A stretch of DNA of 38,199 nucleotides from a virus (taxonomy: Duplodnaviria > Caudoviricetes). Location: positions 1-38,199 of the IMG/VR virus record IMGVR_UViG_3300049782_000136; one strand, given 5' to 3'. The translations under genes and the position numbers were made by a program. This document shows positions 37,301-38,199 of this stretch, in pieces (position 1 is the first letter of the stretch; each line of letters starts with the position of its first letter). The notes below the pieces were generated by a model, which ran no database searches, had not been told where the DNA came from, and saw nothing but the letters and a program-made list of their open reading frames with translations.

Positions 37301-37447
37301 TTCAACCAGAAAAAAATGGTGCGATTAGATCAGAACGCAGTCATCAAAGAAGCCTTTCGAAATAACTCTGCCAAGGGAATTGCTATAGCAGGTAGTCCCT
37401 ATTCCATTATGAAAGTTGTTGCGAGATTAATTGTGAAATGGCGATAA
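34385..37447 (+). CDS. tail-associated Tal / tail spike with receptor-binding extension
   Basis: Prophage tail endopeptidase-like N-terminus; FYVNAVSGNDENDG motif and beta-helix-like region. Confidence 0.85.
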   Translation: MNDYLFILDEQEKLVSILSCELPSACPYWGDLKTEQLEHGLLTFEFYVPFNHPTVMQIVNEGLVVRPNEEIEGEYELFRIKETKMSRSTRSLYVRAENSAVTDVSDQYILPITLASQTISQVMETILQNTGWQPGRIDYSGVQDFKFDGYISALEAVHQVMDKFKAEIKFRVEFDGTKVIGKYIDMVRQRGNNTRKVFSYGYDLTDQVDRTINSDDIITAVIGVGPDDSNGNPMTFSNYNPTIPEGYEKQSYWIGNTSARERWGDKGKHKFYIFKDDQVENQVDLYNKSKAKLDELSKPRFTYNVGVVLLEDITGYEAHRVSLGDNIQIQDKTFHPPLLLEARIIEKKTSKKDKEKNEVTLGEYVPVLSSTPTIVQQGRDSLQNTGVAGGHVVVYGPTQDDTKGAYSQSEESITIEVTNTVQLGYTSIFTAEEITSGLVELRDINDNVIESRNFDSTDLVPVPDSVYEYVLKLNFVLYPNVGTYKLWGSFDGLTFVRLPDEVSFPYDSGEFKITGTSDEDGYYWHFFKIQVAGPGVLGGASQTFTVGDLSNNFQAFRSLNAAGEETARIDNKQASFAVLNAGIVNSDSVVSYSNEDFTFYVNAVSGNDENDGLTSATALASFARAMQLTPRLCDGNVTIYIESDLVEDIVIAGYMGLNAITIYGGIRTGAAAPYAYTHHTITADMNFDGTTKRVNFFYGKYFPRTHRGGTSGATNFGSKSQYVYFRECYVSANVPGTTNYNTNAIAWNDNGYIHLSHCYLQDWALNAIRAASHGRIHLEACVGSTVNTGGRVGEATLGGVITFSGGTNLLTNTLTPGYPRSGTGVTSNYIIASVGGMINGSTAAIGTNGEGGTKATPPSTTTNTTTYNSLDTAISGRSYRYTKYIGWRMNDINVREGEYDGQGQHKGLWFFGGTMPSVPPWVGKTIEEIWIEVQRDLKGGAPGLVRFTTHNYLTIPASNPTIGSSFVAAYFDFNQKKMVRLDQNAVIKEAFRNNSAKGIAIAGSPYSIMKVVARLIVKWR

Positions 37448-37464
37448 AAGGAGAGAATAATAAA

Positions 37465-37815
37465 ATGGCACCAAATACTTACGGTATTAAAAACTACGGC
37501 GTTCCTGTCGATGTTGGATCAACTGTGGTGTATACCGCAGGAACAAATGATGTTACGGAATTAGGTCTGCAACTTAATCAAAAGTATGTTGGATTAATAG
37601 TTGATTACGACGGATATATTAACGATCCAGATCATGCAAATATGTATTACAAATATAAAATTAGACTGTTCTTAGGTAATGGAAATGACCTTACCATTAC
37701 AAGGTCTGAACTGCATTACCATACTGCTAAAATCACACTTAGTTACACGAATTTGCTACCAACTGATGATGGAACATTTGCATTGGTCAACGAGGATGTT
37801 TTATCCCGACAATAA
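37465..37815 (+). CDS. hypothetical beta-rich protein
   Basis: AAAGGAG RBS; similar to the next ORF. Confidence 0.7.
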   Translation: MAPNTYGIKNYGVPVDVGSTVVYTAGTNDVTELGLQLNQKYVGLIVDYDGYINDPDHANMYYKYKIRLFLGNGNDLTITRSELHYHTAKITLSYTNLLPTDDGTFALVNEDVLSRQ

Positions 37816-37853
37816 AAAGAAGCTTCTATGGCTTAAGTCATGAAGCTTCTTTT
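37815..37853 (+). terminator. intrinsic terminator-like inverted repeat
   Basis: aaaaagaagcttc...gaagcttcttttt. Confidence 0.65.
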
Positions 37854-37875
37854 GCTTTAACAATAAACTTAGGAG

Positions 37876-38199
37876 TTGATTAGATTGACCGCAATAGGTG
37901 TAAGATATTTCGGAATTGAACTAGAAATCGGTGATCTGGTTAAGTATATAGCAACTTCCCAAGAACAAATTAAACCTGGGCAAAATGGTGGTTGGTTTGC
38001 TGGGATTATTGTTGGACAACAGTGGGACGATGTAACCAGCAATATGATACACACTATTAAGTTATTTCTTGATGATGGCACGGAAACTTTAATACAAAAA
38101 TCAGATGCAAACTATTCTGCATCCAGAAACGAAGGTACTTTTTGTCTTGTACGAGAGAAACACCTTTTTGAAAATCCACCACTCAGTTTTTATCCCTAA
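37876..38199 (+). CDS. hypothetical beta-rich protein, paralog of 37465-37815
   Basis: Shared G...G..V.Y, G.IV, I.LFL..G and GTF.LV.E pattern. Confidence 0.65.
   Translation: MIRLTAIGVRYFGIELEIGDLVKYIATSQEQIKPGQNGGWFAGIIVGQQWDDVTSNMIHTIKLFLDDGTETLIQKSDANYSASRNEGTFCLVREKHLFENPPLSFYP

Noticed and set aside
34385-38199. Diversity-generating retroelement or invertible tail-fibre cassette
   Set aside because: No reverse transcriptase, invertase or TR/VR repeat pair seen in the window.

Overview
This window is a contiguous ~38 kb stretch of a low-GC Bacillales-type siphovirus or prophage, read almost entirely on the + strand. From the left it carries: a Cro-like HTH and small early genes (1-2.4 kb); a replication module (SNF2 helicase, SSB-like protein, a RepB-primase/Fe-S/DUF927 helicase gene split by a +1 frameshift, an iteron origin, VRR-NUC and a YhaM-like HD nuclease); and an Xpf/YqaQ-like late activator. 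An accessory island follows at 11.4-16.5 kb, then a ParB-methyltransferase, the terminases, a portal-MuF fusion, head genes, tail genes, tape measure, Dit and Tal. Integrase, repressor and lysis genes lie outside the window. The best candidate for an undescribed system is at 14.9-16.5 kb. An unannotated ~100-nt sRNA gene with its own sigmaA promoter and terminator is complementary to the shared RBS of three small tandem ORFs. Its terminator loop UGGCGC is also complementary to the identical GCGCCA loops of covarying hairpins after each ORF. The ORFs additionally have duplicated promoters with an operator and a divergent HTH regulator. Two high-GC micro-inserts interrupt the virion operon. All product names come from motif recognition and synteny; no database searches were run.
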